Below, piece after piece: positions 27,154-37,348 of a DNA stretch of 64,000 bases (the stretch's first letter is position 1; every line of letters starts with the position of its first letter). The stretch comes from Gemmatales bacterium. GTDB lineage: Bacteria; Planctomycetota; Planctomycetia; Gemmatales; HRBIN36. The notes below the pieces were generated by a model. It was not told the origin of the DNA, ran no database searches, and was given only the letters and a program-made list of their open reading frames with translations. The stretch is taken from contig JBEPZY010000001.1 in the NCBI GenBank assembly GCA_041640595.1, forward strand, positions 512,001 through 576,000. Reading direction: 5' to 3'. The position numbers and the translations under genes were made by a program.

Positions 27154-27720
27154 GTGGCGATTGAATACAGCGACGTGCGAAAAGGCATGGTAATTGTCGG
27201 AGAGGACAATCAGCTTTACCACGTCCTCGACCGCAACCTGAACACGCCCGGTAACTGGCGGGCGATGTTGACGTTGAAATTGCGCAATCTCAAGACCGGC
27301 ACGATCATCGAAAAACGTGTGAGACCAGATGAGAAAGTGGAGACGGCGTTTCTTGAAAAACGGGAAATGGAGTACATCTACCAGGATCAGAGCGGCTATG
27401 TGTTCATGGACCTGGAAACCTACGACCAGGTTACGCTCGCGCCAGAGTTAGTTGGCGAGTTGATGCAATTCATGAAACCCAATACGCGGGCCCAGGTAAT
27501 CATGTTCGAAGGCAAACCCATTAGCGTCGAACTGCCGCCCACTGTCGAACTGGAAGTAGTGGAGACCGAGCCGAGTATTAAAGGGGCGACGGCAGCGGCA
27601 CAATACAAGCCGGCTATTCTGGAAACCGGCCTGCGTATTATGGTGCCGCCTTTTATCAATGTCGGCGAAAAGATTCGTGTGGACACACGCACCGGCGAGT
27701 ATCTCGAGCGCGTCAAGTAA
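27154..27720 (+). CDS. efp: Translation elongation factor P
   Basis: DVRKGM, TPGNWRA, LRNLKTG, FMDLETYDQ, ELPPTVELEVVETEP, KPAILETG...VPPFI..GE.IRVDTRTGEYLER; GTG start after GGAGG. Confidence 0.96.
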   Translation: MAIEYSDVRKGMVIVGEDNQLYHVLDRNLNTPGNWRAMLTLKLRNLKTGTIIEKRVRPDEKVETAFLEKREMEYIYQDQSGYVFMDLETYDQVTLAPELVGELMQFMKPNTRAQVIMFEGKPISVELPPTVELEVVETEPSIKGATAAAQYKPAILETGLRIMVPPFINVGEKIRVDTRTGEYLERVK

Positions 27721-27741
27721 ACCCGCCAATAGCCTGACGCC

Positions 27742-28656
27742 CTAGCTATAGCGAACGAACCGTTGGCGAGCCTGTAGCCACTGCCGGAGTGAAGTCAGAG
27801 GATCGTCGCGGGTGGTTATCTGCCAGGTGTCCGTCTGGCACCCTTGCGTGCTGGTGGCGAATTGCTTTGCCAACTCTTCGGCAACATTGCTCCAGCCACC
27901 CCGCAGTTCGGCGCGGCCAGCGTCCACAAAGATACGCTGGCCCGTCTCACAATCTTCGAGGAAAAGCAAGCCTCGTGGCGGCAACGTAGATTCGGCCGGA
28001 TCGCTGACACGGAGGGCAACGAGTTCGTGTTTTTTCGCCAGTCGCGCCAACCCGCCAGCGTAGTCGGTGTCCAAAAAATCGGAAACGATAATCACCAAAG
28101 AGCGACGGCGTAGCACACGCCACAAGAAGAGGCTGGTTTCGTTGAGAGAAGTCCGCGTTGGTTGCGGTTGCTGATGCAGAAGCAGAGCAACGTAACGCAA
28201 CGCCAGACGCAGACCGCGGCGAGGAGGGAGGTAATGACGTACCGTCGAATCGAACAAGGCCAGACCAACCCGATCGCGATTGTAAGCCGCCAGTAACACA
28301 AGCAACGCAGCACACTCGACAGCAGTCTGCCATTTGGTGCGTGTGTCGCTGCCGAACCACATACTGCCGCTCTGGTCAACAGCCAGCACCACGGTAAGCT
28401 CGCGTTCCTCGATATAGCGTTTGACGAACGGTATGCCCAGCCGAGCGGTAGCTTTCCATTCGATAGCGCGAATGTCATCTCCGGGTTGATACTCGCGGAG
28501 TTCCTCAAAAGTGATACCAGCACCGCGAAACAGACTGGCGAACTGACCCCCAGCTCCACCTTCCAGGGCTCGCCGGGCTGCCAGATGTAGGCGTTGCAGC
28601 CAGACCCGCAAGGCGCCGGGAAACACAGAGGGCAGCGATTTTGTGACCGCGTTCAT
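27742..28656 (-). CDS. DUF58 (VWA-like) protein
   Basis: FRGAGITFEELREYQPGDDIRAIEWKATAR, YIEERE, VDQSGSM.FG, DRVGL, IVSDF. Confidence 0.92.
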   Translation of the reverse strand: MNAVTKSLPSVFPGALRVWLQRLHLAARRALEGGAGGQFASLFRGAGITFEELREYQPGDDIRAIEWKATARLGIPFVKRYIEERELTVVLAVDQSGSMWFGSDTRTKWQTAVECAALLVLLAAYNRDRVGLALFDSTVRHYLPPRRGLRLALRYVALLLHQQPQPTRTSLNETSLFLWRVLRRRSLVIIVSDFLDTDYAGGLARLAKKHELVALRVSDPAESTLPPRGLLFLEDCETGQRIFVDAGRAELRGGWSNVAEELAKQFATSTQGCQTDTWQITTRDDPLTSLRQWLQARQRFVRYS

Positions 28657-30440
28657 TCTTCCGCCGGGGTGCTGTACCAGAGGGCGACTTCAAATTCGCT
28701 AAGCAGGGGAACCAGCATAGCAGCGATCGTGAAACCGAACCCGCCAACCGTAACCAGAAACGACAGCAACGGATCACCGCTGGTGCCGGTGTAAGGGTTG
28801 TCCACGAGCACGTTCACCACCGCGTAAAACAGTCCGACCGGACAGAGCCATGATGAAATAAACAGCGCCAGTGATGGTTTTCTTCCCCCCAGCACAAACC
28901 ACATTCCGCCAATTCCCAGAGCCAGGAACAAAAGGAAGCTCGTAAACTGTGCTTCAATCCGACCAGCGACCAGTAACAGGTAGATACACACCAGTGTCCC
29001 CACAAACAGGAAGAAAATCGTGCCCAGGCTGTAGGCAATAGCAGCTCGCGTGCTCACATTGTGCAACCCGACATGCAAGCCCAACATCGCAGCAAATACC
29101 ACCAGAACCGCTGTGGCGATAAGCGTGTAAACCAGTACCTCCCACCCAATATATCCGGCCCAGGCATACGCGATTGTCAGCAGGAAAGCGGGCAGGGCGA
29201 TTTCTTTGGTGTTGTAAAGCACTCCCAGAAGCTTGCCGAAAATGAATTCCTTGGGCGTGATGTCGGTAACCAAAAGCAGGTCCAGGGAATTGAGGTCGCG
29301 TTCGTAAGTAATGGCGGTTACACCCTGGGCATTGATGAGCAACAACGAAAGCACCAGCACCGGAACAATGCCCAGGGCGGGGAGCAATCGGTCAGCACTC
29401 TGCTGGGAGCCAGCTGGAAGGCTTTGCCAGGCGGCGAAAGCAATCAGTCCGGCAACCAGCAGGTAAGCGGCCTTGATAAGGAGAGGACGACGACCGTAAC
29501 TTCGAGTGCAGAGCTCCCGCCACAACACCGGGTTGCTCCAAACCTCTCGCACTGGGCCAGGTTGGCTTACAGCGGGGGAAGGTTCGACAACGTCTTCTTC
29601 TTCGGGTGCCTCGCGTTGCTGGATAGGCTCACCACTGGGATTCCAGACACGGAGCTTCCATACTGCCAGCCCGCTCAGCATAGTTACCCAGGCGAGCATG
29701 GTCAGGGCAAAAGGCACAACGGAAAAAGCCGGCCAGCTCCCGGAATGCTGCGGAAGCAGAATCTGTGCCATCGCCCGGTAAGGATTGAGCCAATTCTGAG
29801 CATTGCCAACAATGCGAGCCACCAGCGGCTGGCCAGCCGTCAGGTACACCACCAGCCTCAGTGCCTCTACGAGGAGGAAATATAGCACCAGCACCAGCAC
29901 GGTCAGAGCCAGGGTTTGGAAGGTTTTTTCTCGCCAGAAGGCGACGAGATTTCCAAGGGCCCCGGCTGCCAGCGCACTGACGCACAGGACGACAAAGACG
30001 AGAACAATCTGCGTCCAGGATACGCCGCCCAGCAGCAGTAACATGGCCTGGATCGGTAACCCGGACAGCAACAGTAATCCGATTTGAGCGAGGCTACCTA
30101 AAAGTTTGCCCAGGACAATCTCAGCATCGCTCAGGTCGGTACACAGGAGCAGCACCAGGGTGCGCCGATCCTTTTCCATGGCCACAGCTGCGGCAGCAGT
30201 CAAGGCAGCGAAAAACAGAACCAGCGTCAGCTGCAGCCAGGCCAGCAGTTGGAATAAGAATGCTCCAAAGTCGGCGACTTCCTTCGGAGAAACGGTGCGC
30301 CCCCAGCCGCGACTGGCTTGCCAGGCGGTTACCGTCAGCACCCACAGACCAGCCAGATAAACGAACCGCAGCACGTAATGCCGGCCGCGACGCGGTAACG
30401 TGAATAACTCGCGTTGTAAGATGGGGCCAAAGAAATTCAT
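28653..30440 (-). CDS. ABC-2-type permease-like membrane protein (two repeated halves)
   Basis: GPILQREL and NPVLWREL repeats; EKDRRTLVLLLCTDL...GKL and ERDLNSLDLLLVTDI...GKL; stop overlaps the DUF58 start (ATGA). Confidence 0.85.
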   Translation of the reverse strand: MNFFGPILQRELFTLPRRGRHYVLRFVYLAGLWVLTVTAWQASRGWGRTVSPKEVADFGAFLFQLLAWLQLTLVLFFAALTAAAAVAMEKDRRTLVLLLCTDLSDAEIVLGKLLGSLAQIGLLLLSGLPIQAMLLLLGGVSWTQIVLVFVVLCVSALAAGALGNLVAFWREKTFQTLALTVLVLVLYFLLVEALRLVVYLTAGQPLVARIVGNAQNWLNPYRAMAQILLPQHSGSWPAFSVVPFALTMLAWVTMLSGLAVWKLRVWNPSGEPIQQREAPEEEDVVEPSPAVSQPGPVREVWSNPVLWRELCTRSYGRRPLLIKAAYLLVAGLIAFAAWQSLPAGSQQSADRLLPALGIVPVLVLSLLLINAQGVTAITYERDLNSLDLLLVTDITPKEFIFGKLLGVLYNTKEIALPAFLLTIAYAWAGYIGWEVLVYTLIATAVLVVFAAMLGLHVGLHNVSTRAAIAYSLGTIFFLFVGTLVCIYLLLVAGRIEAQFTSFLLFLALGIGGMWFVLGGRKPSLALFISSWLCPVGLFYAVVNVLVDNPYTGTSGDPLLSFLVTVGGFGFTIAAMLVPLLSEFEVALWYSTPAEE

Positions 30441-30458
30441 CGTTATTGCGGTGACGCT

Positions 30459-30929
30459 CTACGACATCTCCACACGTTCAATTTGCGATTGAAAACGGGC
30501 GATTGCCTCGCCGGGATTCATGTTGAACAAAACCCGGCCGACTTGCCAGCGCCGACCCGTAAATTGAAAAACAGCCGTCGCCGTGCGCGGAGCGTTAACG
30601 GCTGATTCGACAGCTTCTCCTGTAACCGGTTCAAAATAAATGTTGACGCCGACAAAAGCCAGCAATCGTCCATTCTTCTTGTCGCGAGCAAACTCGACGT
30701 CACGTTCCCATTCGCATTCTTTCCAGCGCAGACCGCGTGGTTTTTCGGACTGAACCGCAGCGTCGAAAAACTTCGCTTCGAGATATTCCCGTTGCAATGA
30801 AAACAACTCGCGTGCCCGTTCCGCCTCCACCTCGCGGTAGAAACGTCGCAACGGTCTCCAGGCCAGGATCACCGCTGCTACTGCCAGTGCAACTGCCGTT
30901 CCCAGTAAGCCCCATTCCAGCCCACTCAT
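30459..30929 (-). CDS. Conserved hypothetical protein with N-terminal TM anchor
   Basis: One TM helix, then F..QRE.LE..FF..A..S.KPRGLRW..CEW...ATAVF...W...GR.LFNMNP; SD-like GGAAGG. Confidence 0.75.
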   Translation of the reverse strand: MSGLEWGLLGTAVALAVAAVILAWRPLRRFYREVEAERARELFSLQREYLEAKFFDAAVQSEKPRGLRWKECEWERDVEFARDKKNGRLLAFVGVNIYFEPVTGEAVESAVNAPRTATAVFQFTGRRWQVGRVLFNMNPGEAIARFQSQIERVEMS

Positions 30930-31118
30930 AGTTGCCCCTTCCTGCCGCAGCCTGATACGGATTCTACGCCGAATGGGCGTTTGCTAACATTGTAGCCAGG
31001 TTCCCCCTGCAATTGCCAGTAGCGGGTCAAGGCAATTTTCTGGTTGCCCACTCCTGGGCTGGTAAACTTTAGCAACGCCCGAAGCTGGTGAGGTAAAGTA
31101 ACGGCTATCGAGGGTGCA

Positions 31119-34100
31119 TCACGCGGCTGATTCTCTGGCTGCACTGCCGACCGGGTTGGTGCTATTTTCGTCTGGCCAGTCCTCGAAACGGACTGCAATG
31201 GGTTTGGAGACACCCGACTCCTGCATGGTGATGCCGTAGAGTGTATCCACCGCCGTCATGGTCTTCTTGGAGTGCGTGATGACAATGAATTGAGCGACTT
31301 CGGTAAACTCCCGCAACACCGCCGTAAATCGGCCGATGCTCATTTCGTCGAGTGCAGCATCCACTTCGTCGAGAATGCAGAACGGGGTAGGCTTGCTGCG
31401 AAAGATCGCCAGCAGGATAGCGACGGCGACCAGGGTCTTTTCGCCACCGCTTAGAAGCGAAATACTCCGCAAATCTTTACCAGGAGGTCGGGCGACGATT
31501 TCGATACCGCTTTCCAGGGGCTGATCTGGATTTTCCAGAACGATGTCGGCCTGACCGCCCCCGAACAGTTTGCGGAATAATTCCTGGAAGTGGCCACGCA
31601 CAGATTCGAGCGTAGCCAGGAACAATTGCTGGCTCTCCCGATCAATGCGCTGGAGGATTTCGTCGAGGCTCCGGCGAGCGGCACGAAGATCGTCGAGCTG
31701 CATCTGCAGGGTTCGGGCACGCTCTTCGAGCTGGCTCAATTCGTCCAGGGCTTCGAGGTTGACGTTACCCAGGCGGGCGACACGCCGCTTCAGTTCAGAA
31801 ATTTCCAATTCCAGGGCGTTGCGGTCGGGCGGCACTTCCGGGGGCTGCCATTGCCGATAAAGCTCGAGCAGGTCCAGTTCATGCTCCTCGCGCAATCGGT
31901 TGGCCAGTTCCTGAAGGTGATGTTCCAGGTCGTGCTGACGGAGTTCATGCTGGTGTAACAAGCCCTGCTGGGCCTGCCATTTCTCGCGCAGGGCTTGCAG
32001 TTGCTCACGCTGCGTTTGCCGTTGCCGGGTTAGCTCGGCAATCATGCGGCGGCATTCGTAAATACGCCGTTCTGCTTCCTCCTTTCTCCGAGCCGCTTCC
32101 GCCCATTCCTGACCTGCCCGAAGAGCAGCCAGCAGGGCGACACAGGTTCGTTCTTCCAGAGCCTGGCATTGTGCGGCCACCGAATGAATGGTTTGGCGGC
32201 GCTCCTGGAGTTCGCGTGTGGCTTGCTGCAACTGATGTTCTGCGGAGCGGGCACGTTCTTCAGCGGCTGCCAGTGCCGACTGAGCCTCTCGCAGGGTTTG
32301 CTCTTGGGCCTGTTGCTGATGGAGTAGCTGACTTATCTCGGCTTCCAGTTCTTCCAGGTGCTTGTGCCAGGCTTGCAATTGCTGCTCGGTTTGAGTTTGC
32401 TGCTGCTGGGCTTGTTGTTGCTGCCGGGCAAGTTCCTGCAGTTCCTGCTCCAGATGTGTCAGTTCGAGCTGGCCAAGCTCAATTTCTTCGCGCAGGCTTT
32501 GCTGTCGCTGACGCTGCTGCTGCAACCGCGACCGCAGATCCGCCGCTTGCTCCATCAGAACACGCAGCTCCTGTTGCGCTTCCTCGTCGAGTTGTTCCAA
32601 TCGTAGCCACTGCTGGCGCTGTTCTTCAATTTGCGACTGAAGCTGGGCGATCTGTTCGTCGCGATCGGCTAGAAGTTGCTGCAATTCTCGCAAGGCGCTT
32701 TTGCGCGAGAGTAACCCGGTATCGCTTCCCTGACCGCGAACAGTCAGCGAACCATCAGCTTCCAGCAGTTCTCCTTGCAAGGTTACGAAACGAAAACCCG
32801 GCAACAGAGCGGCCAGTTGTTGGGCAGCCGGCAAATCGCGCACGACCAGAGTGTGATACAAAAGCTGCCAGGGCAAATCGGCTAACTCAGGGTGCGAGGC
32901 GTGTAGCAGCTGAGCAGCGCAGGCCAGTAAATCAGGGTGATTCGGCAAACCGTCTGGCAAACGGGGATAGTTCACCGGCAGTTGCTGCAACAGTGCTTGG
33001 CGTCGCCTGGCGATTTCCTCATGGGAAAAGAGCGGCAGGAACGTAACCGGACCCGTCAACGTCGCCGCCAGTTCCGCTTTGCAGGCTTCCCACGCTTGCA
33101 GGTCGCGGACCAAAATGGCTTCTGCGGTACGCCCCAGCGCCAGTTCGACAATCGGCGCGTACTCGCGGGAAACGCTGACCAGATCGGCCACCAGACCGAT
33201 GATGGTCTGCCCGGCAGGATCATGTTCCCTCGCCCATTGCAAAACCTGTCGAACCCCCGCTCCTACGCCTTCCAGAGAAGTTTCGAGAGCCTGCAGCATC
33301 TCCGCCTGAGCAGCATAGGCGGAGCGTTGCTCTTTGAGCTGAGCCAGGGCCTGGTTGAGTTGTTCGATACGCTGGCGGGTTTCATCCCGGCGTTGGCGTA
33401 CTTCCTGACAGGTTTGCCGAGCTGCTGCCAGGACGTTTTGCATTTCTGATTCCGCCCTTTCGAGGGCTCGGCTCTCAGAATCGATCTGCTCGAGGGACTG
33501 CGAGGTTTGCGTGTGTCGATCCCGCAACCGTTCCCGTTGGGCCAGGAGACTTTTACGCTGAGCTTCCAGGCTGACGACCTCGTTGGCCCAGTGTGCGGCT
33601 TGCCGCATCAGTTCCAGCAACTGGTTTTTATCTTCCTGAAGCTGACGGCGGCGATCTGCCAGCGTGTCAACGATTTGTCTCAGTGCTTGCTGACTCGCGG
33701 CAACCAACGTGCGACGTTGCTCTGCCTCCTGTCGGCGTCGGTGATACTCTTCCTGGCATCGCTGGTAGGTTTGCTCGGCACTGGCAAGTAAACGGTCGCC
33801 GTGAACATACTGTTCGGCCAGTTGCAGAGTTTGCTCGCGCAACTGCTGGGCGACGCGGCTCTCGTGTTCGGCTGCGGTACGGGCACTGGCGATGCCTTGC
33901 CGAGCCTGCGAGACTGTCTCCTCTTCCTGATGAAGCCTGAGTTCCTGTTGCTGTAATGCCTGTTCCAGCTGGGCGATTGCTTCCTCCGCCTGGGTGACGC
34001 TGGCAGCGAAGGTTTCGAGTTGCTGGCGTAGCTGGTCTCCTTCGACCTGTGCCTGCTGCCACTGGGTATAGGTCTCGTGGCAATCGAGTAAGCTGAGCTG

Positions 34101-34778
34101 GACACGCTTGTCGCGCAACAGCTGCATCCATTCACGGTAGCGTTGTGCCTTACCAGCCTGTTGGCGCACGTTGCGCAATTGCCGTTCTACTTCCGCGTGA
34201 ATGTCCTGCAGTCGCTGGAGATTTTCCTGCACCCGTTCGAGTTTTCGCAGGGCTTCCTGTTTTTTGGCTTTGAAACGGCTGATACCGGCGGCTTCCTCAA
34301 AAAAAGCCCGGCGTTCCGTGGGCGAGGCCGCCAGGAAAAGGTCCACTTTGCCCTGTTCGATGATGCAATAGGTGTCGCCACCCAGACCGCTACCGAGGAA
34401 CAATTCCTTGATGTCGCGCAAACGTGCCGGCTGACGGTTGATGAGATACTCTCCATGTCCGTCACGGTAAACCCGCCGGGTAATTGCCACTTCGTCGCTA
34501 TCCACGGGCAACAGCCGTCGGGAGTTATCCAGGGTGAGCGTTACCTCGGCCATACCTAAACTGCGGCGAGTCGGGGAACCGTTGAAAATCACATCGGTCA
34601 TTTCGCCCCCCCGCAAACTCTTGGCACTCTGCTCACCGAGAATCCAGCGGACAGCATCCACGATGTTGCTTTTGCCACTGCCATTAGGCCCCACAATGGC
34701 AGTGATGCCTGGGCCAAACTCCAGGACCGTTTTATCCGCAAAGCTCTTGAAGCCGATTAACTCCAGACGCTTGAGCAT
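31119..34778 (-). CDS. smc: Chromosome segregation protein SMC
   Basis: GFKSFAD, VGPNGSGKSNIVDA, LGEQSAKSLRG, long coiled coils, hinge, LGNVN, LLSGGEK, ILDEVDAALD, ITH. Confidence 0.98.
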   Translation of the reverse strand: MLKRLELIGFKSFADKTVLEFGPGITAIVGPNGSGKSNIVDAVRWILGEQSAKSLRGGEMTDVIFNGSPTRRSLGMAEVTLTLDNSRRLLPVDSDEVAITRRVYRDGHGEYLINRQPARLRDIKELFLGSGLGGDTYCIIEQGKVDLFLAASPTERRAFFEEAAGISRFKAKKQEALRKLERVQENLQRLQDIHAEVERQLRNVRQQAGKAQRYREWMQLLRDKRVQLSLLDCHETYTQWQQAQVEGDQLRQQLETFAASVTQAEEAIAQLEQALQQQELRLHQEEETVSQARQGIASARTAAEHESRVAQQLREQTLQLAEQYVHGDRLLASAEQTYQRCQEEYHRRRQEAEQRRTLVAASQQALRQIVDTLADRRRQLQEDKNQLLELMRQAAHWANEVVSLEAQRKSLLAQRERLRDRHTQTSQSLEQIDSESRALERAESEMQNVLAAARQTCQEVRQRRDETRQRIEQLNQALAQLKEQRSAYAAQAEMLQALETSLEGVGAGVRQVLQWAREHDPAGQTIIGLVADLVSVSREYAPIVELALGRTAEAILVRDLQAWEACKAELAATLTGPVTFLPLFSHEEIARRRQALLQQLPVNYPRLPDGLPNHPDLLACAAQLLHASHPELADLPWQLLYHTLVVRDLPAAQQLAALLPGFRFVTLQGELLEADGSLTVRGQGSDTGLLSRKSALRELQQLLADRDEQIAQLQSQIEEQRQQWLRLEQLDEEAQQELRVLMEQAADLRSRLQQQRQRQQSLREEIELGQLELTHLEQELQELARQQQQAQQQQTQTEQQLQAWHKHLEELEAEISQLLHQQQAQEQTLREAQSALAAAEERARSAEHQLQQATRELQERRQTIHSVAAQCQALEERTCVALLAALRAGQEWAEAARRKEEAERRIYECRRMIAELTRQRQTQREQLQALREKWQAQQGLLHQHELRQHDLEHHLQELANRLREEHELDLLELYRQWQPPEVPPDRNALELEISELKRRVARLGNVNLEALDELSQLEERARTLQMQLDDLRAARRSLDEILQRIDRESQQLFLATLESVRGHFQELFRKLFGGGQADIVLENPDQPLESGIEIVARPPGKDLRSISLLSGGEKTLVAVAILLAIFRSKPTPFCILDEVDAALDEMSIGRFTAVLREFTEVAQFIVITHSKKTMTAVDTLYGITMQESGVSKPIAVRFEDWPDENSTNPVGSAARESAA

Positions 34779-34939
34779 TGCTTGCCGGGCTCCGATTCCA
34801 TCAGTGCTCCAGTAAGGGTTTTCGATGCATCATACGCCAACCACAGATTTTGCCTACGGCTTTTTTGCTCAGCCTGCAACTGCATAAACTTCCAGGCTAG
34901 TTGCGTTGTATGAAATCTGACCCAGGCGAACGCTTTTGT

Positions 34940-36730
34940 CTAGCGCTGAAGCTCGGCGTCGTTACGGCGGATGCGAAACGGATTGAAGAACAGGTTGGGC
35001 AGGGCTCCCAGTGTGGATTCGCTCTCCTGATCAGCAGCAGTGTCCTGCGTGGAAAGAATTCCAGCCAGCGCCAGTTCCCGGACGGACACGGCTTCTGGCA
35101 GCGCGTCAATGGCCAGGCGGCAGGACAGGCACTTGCTCCTCTCCGCCTGCACCAGAAACTCCACTATATCGGGATAAGTCGCCCCAAGGGAAGCCAGTGT
35201 GTGAATTACATCTTCCACCTGAAGCGAACTGTACTCCCGCCGCGGGCCGCCTTCAACGGAAAATCGAGAAACAATGCACCGATCGTCATTCGCGCGGGCG
35301 GTGACAGCATATTCCTGACCCGCCTGCAAACTGAACGGCGGAATCAATACCGGAGACTCTCCGAAAATGACTACTTCTGCCCGACTGGTAGTGGAAATGT
35401 GTACCATTCCTGGAGAATCTGGTGCGACGCGATGCAGATAAAAACTGTTGTTCAAATGCTCTCCCTGCAACGTTGGATCGCGTGCGTCCAGGTGACGTAA
35501 AGCGCGGAAAGCGCCGTAACGCACGCTGGCAGCTGGATGGTGCATGAGTTCCTGGAGTTTTACCCGACTGATAGCCTCGTCCAGGCTCGCCAGAGCAGCT
35601 AAAGCATAAGCCTGGAAAAGCGGCTCATCGGCAACGCACCGGGCCAGCACTTCACCCGCCGCTGCCTCGCCCAAATAAGCGAGAGATTCTGCGGCAGCAA
35701 ACCTTACCAGCGGATGCTGAGCTTCCAGAGCCGTCTTCAACACGGGCACTGCTTCCGGGCCTATCGCTTCCAGTTTCAATGCCGCCGCAATGCACTTGGC
35801 TGGGTTGTGCAGGTCGTCTCGGAGTTGTTCCAGGGTTTGCGTACGCGAGGCGGAGCTGTGCAGCGGTATTTGTCGCACTACCCGCAGATAACGGGGCCAG
35901 TTGAGTTGATAGGTGAGCGGTACTTTGAGAAAGACCTGCAAATTGTTCTTAGCGGTCGCCATGCCGCGCACGCCGCCACGAAATGGCCCGTAAAAACGCT
36001 CATTGATACGGTCAGCAACGATCTTGGCAATGCGGCCATCCTGGTAGTCTTTCTGCAACAACAGCACGAAATCTCGATCCACCAGCGACCGACCACCGCT
36101 CCAGATTCGTCCCGCGCGAAGCCGATTGGACGCACCGTTTCCATCCAGACCAACCAGAACAGGCCCTTGAGCCACGGCTAGGGCATGCCCTCGAATAGCA
36201 CCGCCTGGGCCTTCGCCACCGCGAAGCATGCGGGCATCGGCAAACTCGTACAATTCGCATCGTCGCAACACGCCGCCTCGCAAACTGGTGGTGCGATCTT
36301 TTTCCGGCACAGCCACAGCCACATCAATGCGGTCGCCCTTGTGAATACCGGGCATCAGAACGGCCGAGACCACGACAACGGCTGTATTGCCACTGGCGAG
36401 AAAGCGAGCCGGGTCCTCGATGCCTTGCTGCTTGAGCAGGTGGATCGCCTGGCGGCGAAGTTCTCCGGGTGGAGGGTCGCTGCCGGTGCCCGGTAAGTTT
36501 TCGATTACGCCAACGCCGTAAACGGTGACCGGCTGGGCGCCCCAAACTACGGTTACATCGCCGATAGTTTTACCAGCAACGCGTGGCGGTTTGTCGGGCG
36601 GCTTTGCTGCTTCATCCCCAGGCCAGTGAAACATCGGTGCAGTGCAGCCGACCATCACAGCCAGCGCTATCAGCAGCGCATTGAGAGCAATATGACAGGC
36701 AAGGTTCGATTTCCTGATTTCTCCGCTCAT
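34940..36730 (-). CDS. FlgI (P-ring)-like domain protein with HEAT repeats, probable lipoprotein
   Basis: Lipobox-like AVMVGC; V.GVGVIENLPGTG, NTAVVVVSA, GDRIDV, TSLRGG.L (FlgI-like); HEAT-like VRFAAAESLAYLG and VRYGAFRAL. Confidence 0.75.
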   Translation of the reverse strand: MSGEIRKSNLACHIALNALLIALAVMVGCTAPMFHWPGDEAAKPPDKPPRVAGKTIGDVTVVWGAQPVTVYGVGVIENLPGTGSDPPPGELRRQAIHLLKQQGIEDPARFLASGNTAVVVVSAVLMPGIHKGDRIDVAVAVPEKDRTTSLRGGVLRRCELYEFADARMLRGGEGPGGAIRGHALAVAQGPVLVGLDGNGASNRLRAGRIWSGGRSLVDRDFVLLLQKDYQDGRIAKIVADRINERFYGPFRGGVRGMATAKNNLQVFLKVPLTYQLNWPRYLRVVRQIPLHSSASRTQTLEQLRDDLHNPAKCIAAALKLEAIGPEAVPVLKTALEAQHPLVRFAAAESLAYLGEAAAGEVLARCVADEPLFQAYALAALASLDEAISRVKLQELMHHPAASVRYGAFRALRHLDARDPTLQGEHLNNSFYLHRVAPDSPGMVHISTTSRAEVVIFGESPVLIPPFSLQAGQEYAVTARANDDRCIVSRFSVEGGPRREYSSLQVEDVIHTLASLGATYPDIVEFLVQAERSKCLSCRLAIDALPEAVSVRELALAGILSTQDTAADQESESTLGALPNLFFNPFRIRRNDAELQR

Positions 36731-37206
36731 AGGTTCGCCACGCTCATAACTAATTTCCCTCGCCCGTCAAGCCATTTCGGCGAATACTCTCGTTCATCTC
36801 GTGAATTGAACCACGTGGGCAGCTTAGCTGGGCGAATGGTGCGTATCTGACGGCACTGCAGGACCGCCGATTCGCTCCGGAAACACCAGAATTCGACTGC
36901 CTGCGACCTTTCGATCCAACGCGGAAGGTGGCACCCAGTCTGCGTAGAGATGGCGTCAACGTCTTGCGGAACGCTTGCCGCCTTCGATTGGTTCGGGATT
37001 CGGCGGATTTGACCGTTTGGCAGTTACACTCCTCAGTAGCTTGCACGCTCATAAACCACTGGCGAGTCGGTAGAATGGACTGTCTGGCGGGCTTGCCACT
37101 CGCAACAGGGCAGGCTGTCTTATTAGCCGAGACCTGCGCTCGACCTGAAAAACCGGAAAAACGGACAAGCTGATAGCTGCTGCGAATGACAATCGGTCAG
37201 ACGGGC

Positions 37207-37234
37207 TTGCCAACCCAGTGGGTCTGGTTAGGAT
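37207..37234 (+). promoter_or_regulatory. Probable tRNA promoter
   Basis: TTGCCA-N16-TAGGAT ending 17 nt upstream of tRNA-His. Confidence 0.4.
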
Positions 37235-37251
37235 TAATACGCACCAAAGAT

Positions 37252-37326
37252 GGTGAGAGTAGCTCAACTGGTTAGAGCACCAGACTGTGGATCTGGGGGT
37301 TGGGGGTTCGAGTCCCCTCTCTCACC
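37252..37326 (+). tRNA. tRNA-His (GTG)
   Basis: G-1 plus GTGAGAG/CTCTCAC-C acceptor stem, D arm AGCTCAACTGGTTAGAGC, anticodon arm CCAGA-CTGTGGA-TCTGG, TTCGAGT loop; CCA not encoded. Confidence 0.96.
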
Positions 37327-37348
37327 CTGAGCAATTGCGGAAGCACTT

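Noticed and set aside
32280..32660. CTG/TTG-rich periodic sequence
   Set aside because: Explained by the Gln/Glu-rich coiled coil of SMC on the minus strand
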